A stretch of DNA of 64,000 nucleotides. It comes from Gemmatimonadota bacterium (GTDB lineage Bacteria > Gemmatimonadota > Gemmatimonadetes > Gemmatimonadales > GWC2-71-9). Location: NCBI GenBank assembly GCA_039588295.1, contig JBDHAB010000014.1:8312-72311 (forward strand), given 5' to 3'. The notes beneath the pieces are model-generated. The model was not told the DNA's origin. It was given only the letters and a program-made list of their open reading frames with translations, and did no database searches. Below are positions 1 to 12,900 of this stretch, piece after piece. The first letter of the stretch is position 1. Every line of letters begins with the position of its first letter. Made by a program: the position numbers and the translations under genes.

Positions 1-3000
1 GTGATTCCCGTCACCTCCGGACCCACCGAAAAAGATGATGTCGGTCCCGTTACCAGCGTTGTTGGGGGAAGCACCCTCATCAGCGGCGCCGCCGTTGCCT
101 CCAAGGAAGTTGAAGGTTCCTGCAGCACCGCCATCGCCCGTCAGGTTGAGGCCGCCGCTACCGGAGAACAGAAGAAGATCAGCGCCATCGCCACCGTCAA
201 TGACACCGGCTCCAGCGCTTCCGTCAATACCTGAGCCCACAGACACGCTTGCGCCGACGTAAGTGGTACCCGCTCGTCCGCCCACCCCTGCCGTGACGGA
301 TCCAGGCGCGATGCCCACGTCGCCACCAGCCGTTCCAACACCGCCAACGGTCTCGTCACCCGCAACGACGTCTACGGAACCACCAGTTCCGGTACCGAGA
401 TCCTCACCGCGGATCTTGTCGCCATCGGTGAACTCGATATCGTTGCCGTTGGTGATGTCCCCCGCACCGAGAACATCCTCCAAAGGCGAAATGCCACCGC
501 CTCCACCACCAAGCCCGACCACGGAATCGACCACGTCGGCACGCGTGATGATGCTGGAGAAGTAGAAATCCAGCGTTCGAGGCGTCGTAGAAACGGCACT
601 CGCCAACCCGACGAACGGCCGCGTGGCAAGCGATAGATCAGGAAGTACGAACCCTACATCCGGCTCTGTGTGCGTTGCCAGACCGCCATTGGAGATTGTA
701 ACGCCATCGGAGTCGAACACCGTGAAGGTGACATCTCCGCTGGAAGCACTCGCATCGATCTGGAGATAATGAACGAGCCCATCATTGGGGAGGGCAAACA
801 CGTTCACCATCGCCCCACCGGAACCCTGAGCGATAAACTCAAAGGTGACTCCGCCGAGGGACTGGTACAGGCCCATGTATTGCAGTCCGCCCACGGGGGC
901 AGGTGATGCAAGCATCGTGGCGGGGGTCGTCAGAGAGGCATCATCGGTGAACCCGATGAAAATACGTTCATCTGTGTGGGCCGGGGAGGAGCTCTGGAAC
1001 TTGAAAAGAGCCTTGAACTGTTGGTCCCGACTGATCGTCAGATCCGCAGTGGACTCGTATGCCTGCGCTCCAGCGACTGCGCCCAACGACAGAACCAAAA
1101 GAGGACCGTCAGGATCAGTTCCGAACGTGATCGCGCCCGGAGGATCAACGTCGAAGTTGACGGAGCCGCCGTAGACGCCGTAGCTCTCGGGGCCACCAAT
1201 CGGGTTGCCCGGACCCATGAACCCGTAACCGGAAATCAGCAGCGCATCGAGGAACCCGAGACCACCACCGATGGCCGTGGAGAGGTTCAGATCACCACCG
1301 GTGTTCGTGAAGATCAGTTCGCCGGAGTTGTTGACCCAGATGCCGCCTTCGCTGCCCGCTGGCGTGAAAGGCACCACCCCCGAGCTCGACATCAAGAGCC
1401 CAGGCGGATCAATCATGCCGCCGACAGTCAGCTTGCCGCTGATGTCCACATCACCGACGACGAGGAGCTTACCGTCCACCCCGCCGCCGTTACCGATCCC
1501 GAGCGACACGATGAAGCTGCCACCGTCCCCACCACCAGCTCCACCGGCTCCGGTCGTGTACAGAACGCCGCCACCGTTGCCCGTGCCGTCACCAGCACCC
1601 GTGATGACGTTGAAACGACCACCGGCAGCGCCGCTACCGACGCCTCCCGATCCGGTCGTGAAATTAACGGCTCCCGCGAAACTGCCGATGCCGGGGCCGC
1701 TGTCGCCCGCCGTCAAACTCCAGATACCGCCGGAGCCGGTGCCAGCGCCGTCACCCAAGGCGGTGAGGATGCTGCCCCCCGAACCTCCGCCAGGACCGCC
1801 GGGCCCCAGAGTGATGCTCAGGTCCCCACCGTCGCCGGTGCCGGCACCCCCTCCCGTCGCCATGACGAGATTGCCGGCTCCTCCGATGCCCGCTGGATCA
1901 GGCGCGCCACCCGTGAAAAGGATGTCGCCTCCAGCCCCGCCTCCGCCCGTTGAAGTACCGCCCGCGAGGGACAGGTCAACACCCGAGCCTGCACCGCTGT
2001 CGTCACCTTGAATGGTGAGGCCACCCGTTTCGCGGCCAAATCCAAGAACGGATGCGAGGTCTTGGTTTCCTCCACCGCCCCCGATAGCTCCCAGGAGATC
2101 AGCACGCGTGATGCATGTGACCGACCAGATCGACATGAATCGGGCGACCGCATCGCGGGACCTGACGGCAGCCATGTGGCTGAGGAGTGTCGCGGGGGAC
2201 GGCAACTGCGCGTTGAACGTCGTCGCCGCCAGCAAATTCCGATCCACGTCGTACAGACTCAGGGTGATGGCACCAACCACCGTCGAATCGATGTCGATCC
2301 AAAACGCGGTTGATCCCGAGGGAAGGATCCCCGTGTCCACCGTGAGCGGTGCCCCGGACGCGTTGTCCGTGACGAAGTGAAGGTTGATCTGGCCCTGATC
2401 GTCGACGAGCTGGACGCCCACGTAGTCTTCATTCGGCGTCCCAGGGAAAGCGAGCTGATCCGCGAAAGGTGTGCCGCCGCTGGCCGTGGTGAGGCCAGCG
2501 AACATGTTGTAAGCGCCTCCAACCCCCGTCACGAATTTGATGGACGTGAAGTACTTCGAATCGTCGGCTACGGTCGAACCGGTAATCTGCAGCCCCGCAT
2601 CGCTGTCAGCGACTCCTAGCGTGACATAGCTGGCCTGGACACCGTTGAGAGTTGAGACGGTGGTGCCCGGTCCTGGGGAAGGCTCCAGTGGCGGGACAGT
2701 CCCGAAAAAACCTGTGATGTTAGGAAGACCGCCCCCGATGGGAACGGCACCGGTGTCGATGGCCACCCACTGACCGAACTGCATCTGTGCAAAGGCTTCG
2801 GCGAAAGTGCCACCGCCTCCACCACCCCCGGGCTGGAAACTGAGCTGCCCAGCGCCGTTCGTCGTAAGTACCTGGCCGGCGACCCCATCAGCTTCAGGCC
2901 AAAGAAGACCGTCGATGATGACGGCGTTGCCCCCGGCCACGGCGGGGTCGAGAGTCAGATTGCCGTCCGACGTGATCCGGGACCCGAGACTGTCCTCGAC

Positions 3001-6000
3001 GACGATCGGCAGATTACCCGTGGTGTTACCCGCCACCAGGATCGTATCGAGCGGAGCTCCACCGAAGCCAACCGCGTTCACCCACTGAAGGGCTCCGTTG
3101 AGCATCAGGACTTCGCCGGGCGCAGGCGCAGCGATGGTCACATCCGTCAGGTCATTGAGCGCCGTGGCCCCACCACCGGTGGTGATGTTGTTGTCCCCGT
3201 CGGAGTTCGTGTAGATCAGTTGGCCGCTTGGGCCCGTGTTATCGACCCACAGGGTCCCCTGGCTGGCATTGGGAATGACCTCCGGAGGAATGATGGCCTG
3301 TCCCTCCAAAAGGAGGGCGGTCGGATCGATCGCACCCGTGACCGTCAACTTGCCGTTGACGATGACCGCACCGTTGCCGAGACCGCCGGTGCCCGGCGTG
3401 AGGCTGATGTCGCCTCCCAACGCAGCAGCGTCAGAGGTGTCGCCCGCCGCCACCGTGATGTTCGAGCCAGCGCCGCTTGTCGAGTCCCCAACGGAAACGA
3501 TGATTGTGCCGCCCGTACCGTTACCCGCCGTACCGGTCGCGATCCCGAGGAACCCCGTGTTACCGGCAATGGCATCTCCGGTTCGGATGTTGAGGAACCC
3601 CGAATCACCGGCATTTATCCCGCCGTCTCCGGTCGAGAGTTCTACCCTCCCAGAGTTTCCGTCGAGATTCACGTCGAATGTCTCGACGATGATGTCGCCC
3701 GTATCTCCCGTAGCCCCAGAGGCTTCACCAGAGAAGATCAGGACATCACCACCGGTCACGCCAGCAAGCGACGTACTGCCGCCCTTCATGACGATCGTGC
3801 CCGTGGTCGTAGCCGGGTTCGGAACAGTGGTGCCCGGAGCGATCAGGACGCTGCCTTGGGTGCCGCTGACCGCAAGAACACCAGTGGTGATGAGAACGTC
3901 ACCGGTGGTTCCGGTTTCGGCGTTTCCGCTGAGCAAACTGAGGTCACCGGTGTCGCCACTACCCGCTGTGAAGCCGGTGCCGACGATGGTTGTCCCGGTA
4001 TCGCCAGTAGAGGGGCCATCAAACTGCCCACCGCTCAACATCTGGAGGGTGTTCGTGTTGCCGGAACCCCCGACGAAGATACGGCCAGCACTCCCGATCG
4101 CCATGAAGCCGGTGTCGTTGCCGGCGAGGCTCGTGAACCCACTGAATACGTTGACGTTGGCGCCGTCACCACCGTTGCCGTCAAGTTCTCCAGCGATGCC
4201 GAAACTGTTACGGAAAACGATGTTGTTGAGGCCCGACTCGTTGCCGTTGATCAGGACTTCGGCGAGAGTCAGCCCACCGGTAGCCACTCCAGCGCCGTCC
4301 GCAACGGTGCCTTTTTGGTTGACGACCGTGGAGTGCCCGACAAATACATTTCCGCCACCGGGGTTGATGCGCCGGCTCCCGATGATCATGCCCATATTGA
4401 CGAGGGCGCCAGGAACGGAGGTGCTGAGGGTGTTCGACGAAAGGAGATTGAGGCTTTCGTCGAAAATGAAAAACTGGATGGTCGGGTACTGCGACGTGTC
4501 GATGATGAAGTGCCAAACATCGACCGACGAAGTGGACGCAATCGTCACCCCTGTCGAAGAGGGGCCGTCCGTTGGGCCACCAGGGCCACGCGCAATAACA
4601 CGCCAGTTCGGATTCGTTCCGGGATCGGCCACGAACCCGATGTATTCCTCCGCACCCGCCGGGTCCGCGTTGTTAACCGCGAGTTGGGAGAACCCCGTTG
4701 CGGTCGAGAATCCCATGAAGATTCGCGTGTCCGAAGTGTCCGTGGTGAACAGGGAAAAATGAGCCGCGAACTTGTACGACGCGCGATGCGGGAACAGTCC
4801 AGCACCGGCATCCATGTCGAACGCCGCAAAATCGTTGGGCGCGGGGAGCGAGAACGAGTTGACGCTTCCGGACTGAAACGTATGCGCGCGACTGATCGTG
4901 CCGGCGGTACCGCCGTCATCGAACTGGATCTGATTGAGGATGCCCGAGGAATCAAACTCGAACTGAGCGCCGCCACCGACGTTCTTGGCAGCCGGGGACA
5001 AGTAGCCCCACTGCATCTGATTGAAGCTCTCGATGAAGTCTCCGGCGAACGCGAGTTGGAGCCACCCCGTCGCGGACCCGTTCTTGTTCACCCAGAGCTC
5101 ACCAATCCCCGTGTCGAGACGTTGGTAAACATCTCCTTCGTCGCCGGGAGTACCTCCCCCGGCGTTGGGGTCTCCGGTGCCGCGCTTGATGTTGTCGGAT
5201 TGGAAAATCCCGTCAGCTTGAACGATCCCATCGTCCGCGCCTCCCCCTCCGCTTCCTGGACGCAAACGAATGACTCCGCCCTCACCACCACCCGGCCCTC
5301 CCGAGCCAGCTTGTAATACGATCCATCCTCCGTCTACAGCATCAGCCGAGTTACCTCCCCACAGGTTGACGTTGCCGCCTTGTCCGGCGTTGAAGACGTT
5401 CGAGATCGCAGGAGGAGTGGTCGCGCTACCACCGACGATGTTGATGCTGGCGCCGTCCCCTGTGCTGAGGCTATCGCCTCCCCACAGACCAATACGTCCG
5501 CCACGATCGGTGCCCGTAGGTCCGGCACCACCGTAGAGGTTGACCTCTCCACCTTGAGCACCACCACCGCTTCGAAGGGTGATCTCTCCGCCGTTCCCAC
5601 CAACGAGACTGGTGCCCGTTTGAACGAGAACCCCTCCGCTGCTTCCACTGCCTCCTGGAGTCGGAGTCGTGAACTGGAGATTCCCGGTATCGCCCCCGAC
5701 AGTCGTACCGCTCGTGAGCGTGATGCGACCGCCGTCACCGGTCACGCCGGTAGCCGGACCACCAACGATGTTGACCGTGGCACCGGCCCCACCAACCGAG
5801 TTCTCCGCACCAATGATGGAGTCACCGCTGGTGATGACGATGTTCTGGCCGCCGGTGAAATCACCGATCGCCAAGGTCTCGGAGAGGTTCTCGCCCCCGA
5901 GGTCGTCGGAGATCTGCACCCAGGTCGTGTCGTCAGCCTGGATCTGCCACAGGCTCGGGGTGCCCGTGCTGGCGTAAAACGAACCGGGACCCACACCGGA

Positions 6001-6303
6001 GATCAGGCCATTCGGATCAGCCTCGACCCCGACGTGAAACCCCGCGACCGTCACCGGATTGGTGGGATCCACGCCCAGCGCCATCACGAAAATGGGCTGT
6101 CCGATGTCGTCGATCCGGTTGGCGAAGATCAGATTCGAGACGGTCTGATCGATCTCACTTTTGCCGTTCGTAACGAGTAGGTCGCACGGCAACGGAGGCG
6201 GCAGTGTTTGGTCCCCCGCGGGTACGTCATACCCACGGACCCAGGTTCCCTGGAAAATGTCGGCGTCTACGCCTGGGCGTCTATTGACGGGAGGATTGGC
6301 CAT
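1..6303 (-). CDS. Giant Gly-rich tail fibre/adhesin-like virion protein, partial (>2100 aa, runs off the left edge)
   Basis: ATG at 6303 (MANPPVNRRPGVDADIFQG). The same frame reads as protein at both ends and the track lists no stop-terminated ORF in it. Fibre-type motifs LNDLTDVTIAAPAPGEVLMLNGALQWVN and WPEADGVAGQVLTTNGAGQLSF. Confidence 0.8.
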   Translation of the reverse strand, partial: MANPPVNRRPGVDADIFQGTWVRGYDVPAGDQTLPPPLPCDLLVTNGKSEIDQTVSNLIFANRIDDIGQPIFVMALGVDPTNPVTVAGFHVGVEADPNGLISGVGPGSFYASTGTPSLWQIQADDTTWVQISDDLGGENLSETLAIGDFTGGQNIVITSGDSIIGAENSVGGAGATVNIVGGPATGVTGDGGRITLTSGTTVGGDTGNLQFTTPTPGGSGSSGGVLVQTGTSLVGGNGGEITLRSGGGAQGGEVNLYGGAGPTGTDRGGRIGLWGGDSLSTGDGASINIVGGSATTPPAISNVFNAGQGGNVNLWGGNSADAVDGGWIVLQAGSGGPGGGEGGVIRLRPGSGGGGADDGIVQADGIFQSDNIKRGTGDPNAGGGTPGDEGDVYQRLDTGIGELWVNKNGSATGWLQLAFAGDFIESFNQMQWGYLSPAAKNVGGGAQFEFDSSGILNQIQFDDGGTAGTISRAHTFQSGSVNSFSLPAPNDFAAFDMDAGAGLFPHRASYKFAAHFSLFTTDTSDTRIFMGFSTATGFSQLAVNNADPAGAEEYIGFVADPGTNPNWRVIARGPGGPTDGPSSTGVTIASTSSVDVWHFIIDTSQYPTIQFFIFDESLNLLSSNTLSTSVPGALVNMGMIIGSRRINPGGGNVFVGHSTVVNQKGTVADGAGVATGGLTLAEVLINGNESGLNNIVFRNSFGIAGELDGNGGDGANVNVFSGFTSLAGNDTGFMAIGSAGRIFVGGSGNTNTLQMLSGGQFDGPSTGDTGTTIVGTGFTAGSGDTGDLSLLSGNAETGTTGDVLITTGVLAVSGTQGSVLIAPGTTVPNPATTTGTIVMKGGSTSLAGVTGGDVLIFSGEASGATGDTGDIIVETFDVNLDGNSGRVELSTGDGGINAGDSGFLNIRTGDAIAGNTGFLGIATGTAGNGTGGTIIVSVGDSTSGAGSNITVAAGDTSDAAALGGDISLTPGTGGLGNGAVIVNGKLTVTGAIDPTALLLEGQAIIPPEVIPNASQGTLWVDNTGPSGQLIYTNSDGDNNITTGGGATALNDLTDVTIAAPAPGEVLMLNGALQWVNAVGFGGAPLDTILVAGNTTGNLPIVVEDSLGSRITSDGNLTLDPAVAGGNAVIIDGLLWPEADGVAGQVLTTNGAGQLSFQPGGGGGGGTFAEAFAQMQFGQWVAIDTGAVPIGGGLPNITGFFGTVPPLEPSPGPGTTVSTLNGVQASYVTLGVADSDAGLQITGSTVADDSKYFTSIKFVTGVGGAYNMFAGLTTASGGTPFADQLAFPGTPNEDYVGVQLVDDQGQINLHFVTDNASGAPLTVDTGILPSGSTAFWIDIDSTVVGAITLSLYDVDRNLLAATTFNAQLPSPATLLSHMAAVRSRDAVARFMSIWSVTCITRADLLGAIGGGGGNQDLASVLGFGRETGGLTIQGDDSGAGSGVDLSLAGGTSTGGGGAGGDILFTGGAPDPAGIGGAGNLVMATGGGAGTGDGGDLSITLGPGGPGGGSGGSILTALGDGAGTGSGGIWSLTAGDSGPGIGSFAGAVNFTTGSGGVGSGAAGGRFNVITGAGDGTGNGGGVLYTTGAGGAGGGDGGSFIVSLGIGNGGGVDGKLLVVGDVDISGKLTVGGMIDPPGLLMSSSGVVPFTPAGSEGGIWVNNSGELIFTNTGGDLNLSTAIGGGLGFLDALLISGYGFMGPGNPIGGPESYGVYGGSVNFDVDPPGAITFGTDPDGPLLVLSLGAVAGAQAYESTADLTISRDQQFKALFKFQSSSPAHTDERIFIGFTDDASLTTPATMLASPAPVGGLQYMGLYQSLGGVTFEFIAQGSGGAMVNVFALPNDGLVHYLQIDASASSGDVTFTVFDSDGVTISNGGLATHTEPDVGFVLPDLSLATRPFVGLASAVSTTPRTLDFYFSSIITRADVVDSVVGLGGGGGGISPLEDVLGAGDITNGNDIEFTDGDKIRGEDLGTGTGGSVDVVAGDETVGGVGTAGGDVGIAPGSVTAGVGGRAGTTYVGASVSVGSGIDGSAGAGVIDGGDGADLLLFSGSGGLNLTGDGGAAGTFNFLGGNGGAADEGASPNNAGNGTDIIFFGGSGGDGNH

Positions 6304-6308
6304 GGTCG

Positions 6309-6884
6309 CTAGGGCTCCGTCTTGGGCGGAGGCGACCCGTTGGGGGCCGTCTCCTGCCTAGGGGTGCCCATAGGCTCTTTCGCGGAACCCTCCGACTGAT
6401 CGAGAAAACCCGCCGAGCTCGCCAAAACTTGACCCTGGGGGATGCCCGTCCGGGACTCGGCCACGGCCACGGCCTTCTCGCCGCTCACAGCGAGCCCACG
6501 AGCCCGGGACGTTGCCATGATGGCTTCCTGCTTGAGCGTCTCCTCCAGGGCTGAGATGGCCGACAGGGACCCCTCCTGCCTGAGAATCCCCTCCTTGGCC
6601 TGCTCTTGGAGGCTCACCATGTTTTTCACGGCCTCCTCCAGCCCTTCTTGGACCATTTTCGAAGGAGGCTCCTCAGCCGTCTCGAAGGACTGCTTGCGTT
6701 GGGCCAGAACTTGCTGCCCCAACGTGAAAATCTCCATCATCAAACGAAACTTCGCGAGGTCCCGTTCGGCAAACTCTTTTCGTTCGGTCGCGATTTTGCG
6801 GTGACTTTCCGCAACGCCCGCTTGGGTCTCCGCGCGCAGCTTGTGCTCGTCCACTTGCTCTCGAAGTCGAGTTCCGTCTTGCAT
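6309..6884 (-). CDS. Coiled-coil hypothetical protein (possible fibre chaperone)
   Basis: Start MQDGTRLREQ with GGAG upstream; E/K/A-rich helical sequence between two fibre genes. Confidence 0.7.
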   Translation of the reverse strand: MQDGTRLREQVDEHKLRAETQAGVAESHRKIATERKEFAERDLAKFRLMMEIFTLGQQVLAQRKQSFETAEEPPSKMVQEGLEEAVKNMVSLQEQAKEGILRQEGSLSAISALEETLKQEAIMATSRARGLAVSGEKAVAVAESRTGIPQGQVLASSAGFLDQSEGSAKEPMGTPRQETAPNGSPPPKTEP

Positions 6885-6924
6885 CTGTTTTTCTCCATCC
6901 GTCTGTGTGTGTGTTTGACAGCCC

Positions 6925-6957
6925 AAAGAGGTCCTCCACATCAATGTGGAGGACCTT
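6925..6957 (-). terminator. Strong hairpin, possible terminator or processing site
   Basis: Perfect inverted repeat AGGTCCTCCACAT/ATGTGGAGGACCT followed by CTTT on the minus strand. Confidence 0.5.
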
Positions 6958-6969
6958 CGTTCGCTATGA

Positions 6970-9900
6970 CTACGCCGTGGTGTTCGTCGCGTTCTGGGTG
7001 TAAGAGATGGTGACGACATCACCGGCCGAGAACGTGGGGCCAGCAGCCGATACATCGATCGTATTGCCAACGCCACTCGACACATCGCCGCCCGCGTTCA
7101 TCAACAGCAGCCCATTCAGGTAAATCTGGGCATCGAAGTTGAAGTCGAAATCGGTTGTCGGCTTCACCGCGATCACACCTCCGGTGAAATCCGACGCAGA
7201 AAGGTTGCCGCTCGGCCCCACCCCAGCACCCGTGATGGTGTCCTGGAAGAAGTTTTTCGTAACCGCGGTCCCAGAGGTAGTGATCGGTTCCCAAGTTGAG
7301 CCATCGTCGCCACCACCGGAAGCATCGATCTGCACGTACAGAGTGTTTCCGGTCGCACCGGCCCCTGTGTTGAGGCAGAAAAGCGATCCACCCGGAGCGG
7401 TGTGGGTCGGAATCGTATCGCCCGCGTAAACCTTGGAGTTACCGCTGCCACCGCCCGTAGCGGCCAGAGCGATGAAGGCTTCGTCGTTGTCCTGGACACC
7501 CAGGATCTGAAACTCACCATGAGCTCCCGTCGTGAAGCCATCACCCGGAGTCATCCGGATATCAGGGCCATCGGCAGTGCCCGCCGTCGAATCTCCTGTC
7601 GTGACCGCATAGATATTGCCCGAAGCGTCGGCCGCATTGGCCGTGGTGAAAGCCATCGTGGTGCCGGCGTCCACGGACATCGCCGTCGTCGCTTCGATGG
7701 AGATGGTCGTCACCGCGAGCATGTCGATGGCGGCCCCCGCGTCGATGTCCATGCTGTCCACCGAGTTGAGGATCACGTTGCCGGTCGTGAGAGTGGCGAA
7801 CGTATTGTTGCCGCTCGTGGCCGTGAAGTTACAGGCGCCGACACCGTCGGCAGTCAAGGACCCTGTGGAGTTCAGGTCCAACCCAAGAGTGCCTCCGTCC
7901 ACGGTGGTGAGGGACGTCGTGTTGGTCGATCCGATGGTGGTGGTCTTGATGCCCGCACCGGTATTGAAGTTGGCGGCCTGGGTGAACGCACCGGTACCGA
8001 GATTGAGAGTGGCGCTATTCTCTTCACCGATGTTGATCGTGGCACTCCCACCACCGACCCCGGACCTCAAAGCCTGGACCGAGACGATCGAGCTGCCCGC
8101 CGTCCCGTTAGAGTTAATAGCCTCCAACCGGGTGGTGGCGAGATCCCCGTTGGTCGTTACGTCCGTTTTGAGGGTGAGGGTGGACGAAGCCGCCCCGGTG
8201 ATCGTGAAGTTCGATGCCGTGGCCGTCGAATCGAGAGACACAGGCCCCGTGGCGTCGGCCAAGATGCCGGCCGTACCACCCGCGATAGTCACCCCATTGG
8301 CGAGATTGGCCTCACCGATGTTGACAATGTCTGCACCAACGGCCGGCGCGAAACGAAGGAGCCGGTGGCCGCCCGTCGCACTGCTCCATTCCAGGAACTC
8401 GGCATCGTTGATGAACCATTCGAAGCTGTCACCCGACACCGAACCCTGTGTGGCCGAGGAACCACCCGTCGTGGCGACCACCGAAACGAGATCACCACCC
8501 GCGGTGACGATGTTCACGTAAGTGGCCAGACCAATGTCGTTGAACGCCCGTGCGACCAAAACCTCGCCAGTCGTGTCCACGCGCTCGGCCGTGATGGTCG
8601 CGCGACGCACGGTAGCCGTGAGCCCCGTTTGTGACGTGACCTGATTGTTGAAAAACTCGAAACCGGCCCCGGGGGCCGCGTCCAAAGTCAGGGCCGTGCC
8701 TGCGATGCCAGCGACAACAAACAACCCACGGTTCTCCTCAAAGGTCGATCCGCCAGGATCAGTCACGAGGAGGACCTCACCGACCGAGTACAGGCCGCCC
8801 GTCGTCAGGACAGCGGTGGGATTGGTGGCTGCTCCGTTATTCGTGAACGAAGTGATCTCGTCCACCGTGTCTGACGACACGACACTGATCGTGTAGTTGT
8901 TCGTCGCGACTCCCGCGTCGTTGCCGGTTCCCGAGAAGAGGGCAACGTTTCCCTCGTTCTGGTTCTCCAGGTAGAAGGAAGAAACCTCGTGGCGGGCCAC
9001 GCCAGGTGCAACAGTGTCATTACGGTCGAGTTGCGTTGCCTGTGCGAGGAACTTGTTCGGGAAATTGTAAGTCCAACCTTTCTCTGCGGCGGCGGCAGTA
9101 GAGGATCCTGCCGTCCAGTTCAAGGTCGTGTCAGCGTCCGCGTTACCGACGTTGAGCGTGTTGTCCACGCCAACACCCGTGAGGATGTTGGCCGTGTTGG
9201 CACCGACGGTGCCCGTAGCGACGTTGACGGTACCGAGTTCCTGCGTCTGAATGTTGACGACACCAGGGTCCCCGATGAGCGCGGAGGTAGCGTCGATGTT
9301 TACCGCCGGGGTGCCCCCCGCGGCATTACTAGCCGTCGCGACGAGATCGAGATTGGCGACACCAGCAGCCCCGGTGTTGTCGACGGTGAAGGTCAGTACC
9401 GCAGTACCACCAGCGGTGGTTTGCGTGATGCTCGAATCCGTGATCGAATCGATCGTGAAGTTACCACCCGAATTGAGGTCGAGATCCCCCGACCCCGCGT
9501 TGATCGTGGTGTCCGAGCTCGTGTTTTCCGATCCGAGAGTGGTGCTCTTGACCCCCGCACCCGTGTTGAACATGGCCGTCTGGGTGAAGGGACCCGTTCC
9601 GACATTGACTGCGGCACCCTGAGTGGTCGCCATGTTGATGGTGATGGCACCGCCACCAGCACCCGCACGCTCGGCCTCTAGGTTGAGCGTCGCGGTGCCG
9701 GCCGTGACGTTGGTGGACTCAGCCAGGACAGTCACCGTTCCGGTGTTCCCGTTGCCATCGGCCGAACCGGTAACCGTCACCGTCGCGTCACCCGTAGAGG
9801 TGTTCTCGGCCTCCACGAGCATCGTAGAGGTGGTCGCGGTGCCGCTAGTGGCTTTGACGGTCCCGGTTTCGAAACCATCGGTCTCGAAAGCACTAGCCGC

Positions 9901-12900
9901 CCCGCTACCCGTGAAGGTCACGTCAGCGCCAGAATCCGGGATGACGGTGAAACCACCGTCCGCGCCGACCGTGAGGTGATTGAGGATGCCGTCCGTGCAG
10001 CGGAAAGCGTGCGAGCTCGACGTATTCAAGATGGCGACCCCTGGGCCGTCCCCGAGAAGATTGTTCACCTGGAAGGCGGTGCCCGACTCGGTCGAGTTGC
10101 CGTTGACCTCGACCAGAGAACCACTGCCGTTCGGCGTGCCCGTGATCGAGAGGGCCGTGGTCGGTGTCGGCGTCGTGTGGGTCGGCACCGTGATGGTAGC
10201 CATGTCGGCGAGGACAGAGTCGATGGTGCCCGCGATGGCGAAGGGACCATCCGCAGCCGTCGTGGTAAACGACGGAGTGTTGGGCGAACTCGTGTTGTAG
10301 ACCTCTTGGAAGGTCGAGTTTCCACTCGCCACGGTGGTGTAGGTCACAACACCGCCCGTAACACCCTCAGCAAATTCGAAGACTCCCGCGTTCTGACGCC
10401 AGATCGAGAGCTCGACCTCCCGGACAGCCGCGCTGGCGTCCGCGCCACCCACGACGTTCGAGGCCAGCCACGCCTCGGTGACGGGGGTGCCACCCACCCC
10501 GTAGAGGGTGAGCACGTCCGCGGCGATTCCGGCGATGCGGAAGATCTTGCTGTTGTTCAGGTTGGCAGACGAGAAAACGGCGATGAAGTTACCGACGGTG
10601 AAGGTGGCGCCTTCGCCCACCCCGACCGTGATGGAAGGCGCGTTCGTGGCCGGCCCGATGCCAGCAGTGAACGAGACCGAGGTGCCGGTCCCGGCCCCGG
10701 TGATGCTGACGATGTGGACGTCGCCGCTCGTGGTGTCAACGGCGGAGTCGTAGCCGTCCGAACCCGCGCCCCAACTGACGTAGGCGTCACCGAACGTGCT
10801 GTTGTTGTAGGCCATGAAGCCAGCGGTGGCCTCGTAGGTGCCGACGGCGGTGTCCGACGTCGGGTCGTTGTTGGACATCTGGATGATCCAACCGTGTTGG
10901 CCATTCACCGCAACAGCGCCCGGGGAGGTGTCCGTGATCTCAGTCCCGGTCGTGGCATTGCCGCGGGCGATCGTGTTGGCGAAACCTCCGGTCCCGGTAT
11001 TGATATCGGTCGCGGTGGTGGTACCGACGTTCACGCTGCCCGAGGGGCCTCCGGCGATATTGGTAGCCGACGTGGTCGTAACCGAACCGAGGTTCGCTGT
11101 GGTAACCGGAGCTCCGTTACCGAGGTTGAGCTCCATAGAAACAGCCAACGCCGCCGTCCCGACGTTGACCACTCCAATCCCCGACATGCTCCCACTCGTG
11201 TGGAGGTTGGCCGTAGCGGTGCCCGTGGCGTTGACGACGACAGGGTCGAAGACCAGATTGGCCTCAGTAGCCGCAGAACCCCCCGACCCGGTGACCGTGA
11301 TCTCTCCCAGGGCCACGGCCGTCGCCGAATCCGACGTATTGGTGATGAGGATCCTTGTGTTGACCTCCCCCGAGCTCTCCGCTCCCGAGGTGGTGAGCGT
11401 CATGTTTCCAGTACCGGCGTTGAGGGCCGTGGACGACGGGCCGGTAATGGAGCCCATCGTGACGATGTTGGTGTTCACTCCCGTGCTGAAGTTACTCGTG
11501 TTGGTCGTGCTGCCGGTGTTGGTGTTAACGTTGACGACGCTGGCACCCGCGATACCGTTGTCGGCCTGGATGTTGACGTTCCCGGTGCCGGAGGTCGACG
11601 TCACGTTGGAGTAGACATCGAGGTTCGACGTCGTCACGGCGGTGGCGCCAGTGGCCTCCGCCGTGAACATCGCGCTGGCGACGGCCGCCGCCGTGTTGTC
11701 CGCATTGACGACCGCGATGTCGTTGGCGATGGTGCCCCCCGTGCTGCCCGAAGAGGTGACGGTGAAACCGCCGGTGACCGTCGTGAAATCGATGGCTCCC
11801 GCGCCGAGGGCGTCGACCGTGAAAGAGGACCCTGACGTCATGTCGAAGTCGATGCCACCGGCCGCCGTCCAGACGGCGATGTTCGTGCTCCCGTCCCGGA
11901 ACTCGGCGATGTTGCCGGTGCCTGTCGAATCAACGATCAGACCGATCCCATCGCCCGAGGTACCGATAACCGCGGACGCGGCACCCTCATCGGACGGGTT
12001 CGTGATCGTGAAAAGGTCCCCGCTGTTCAGGTCGTCGCCGGCCAGGTTCAACAACGGCTGGGCGGTGGCGGCCGTCATCACACCGTTTTCGAGCCCCATG
12101 ACCGTAACGGTCCCGTCGATCTCGCCTGCGATGTTGAAAGAGGAATCCGCCGCCGTCACGACGAACATCGGGTCATCGCCGGTGCTGGCCGAATAGGTTG
12201 CCGCGAAGTCCGATCCTGCGGCGGTCGCAAGAGGAACGAACGAGGTTGCGGAATCGCTGTCGCCGTCCGCTACCTCCCAAGTACCGGAACCGGTGCATCG
12301 CATGACGCAAAGGTCGGCCTTGAGAAGGGTTCCGGACGCGGTCGCCTCTGCCTGGATAGCCGTCTTGAACCATGGGTACGTCGGGGTCGTGTCGATGGTG
12401 ATGAGGCTATCGGCAATTGCCCCGACCACATACAGGCCGTTGATGCACTCGAAGTTGCTGCCGACGGCAATGATGTAGTCGCCAACCGACAGAACCGGAG
12501 CACCCGCATCCACCGTGAAAGTCGTGGCCGTAGTTGCCGAGTAAGTGTCACCAGGCGTGTACGTGGTGGCCGCAGAAACAATCACCGTACCACCTGAGAG
12601 ACCCGTGGTGTTGGCCTGAGCGTTCAGCGTGATGAAGTTCTGACCGTTACCACCCGCACCGAAGTAGTGGTGCAGGTTGGAGTCCCGGATGTGATCCGAA
12701 GTGTCCGACCCGACGGAGGACAGGATACAAGCCCCCGAGTCGAAAAAGATCTCTTCCCCGGACGTCAGAATAACGTCGCGGGTCGCCGTCGCCGTAACGT
12801 CCTGGCTGGCCGTAAGGGCCACGTCAGCACCGGTCGTGGCCGTGTCCCCGGTGGAGAGGATGATGCCGCCATCCACCGTCGAACCATCACCGCCAGAGAC

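Noticed and set aside
6903..6914. (GT)n microsatellite
   Set aside because: Only about five units in a 5' UTR; no evidence of phase variation.
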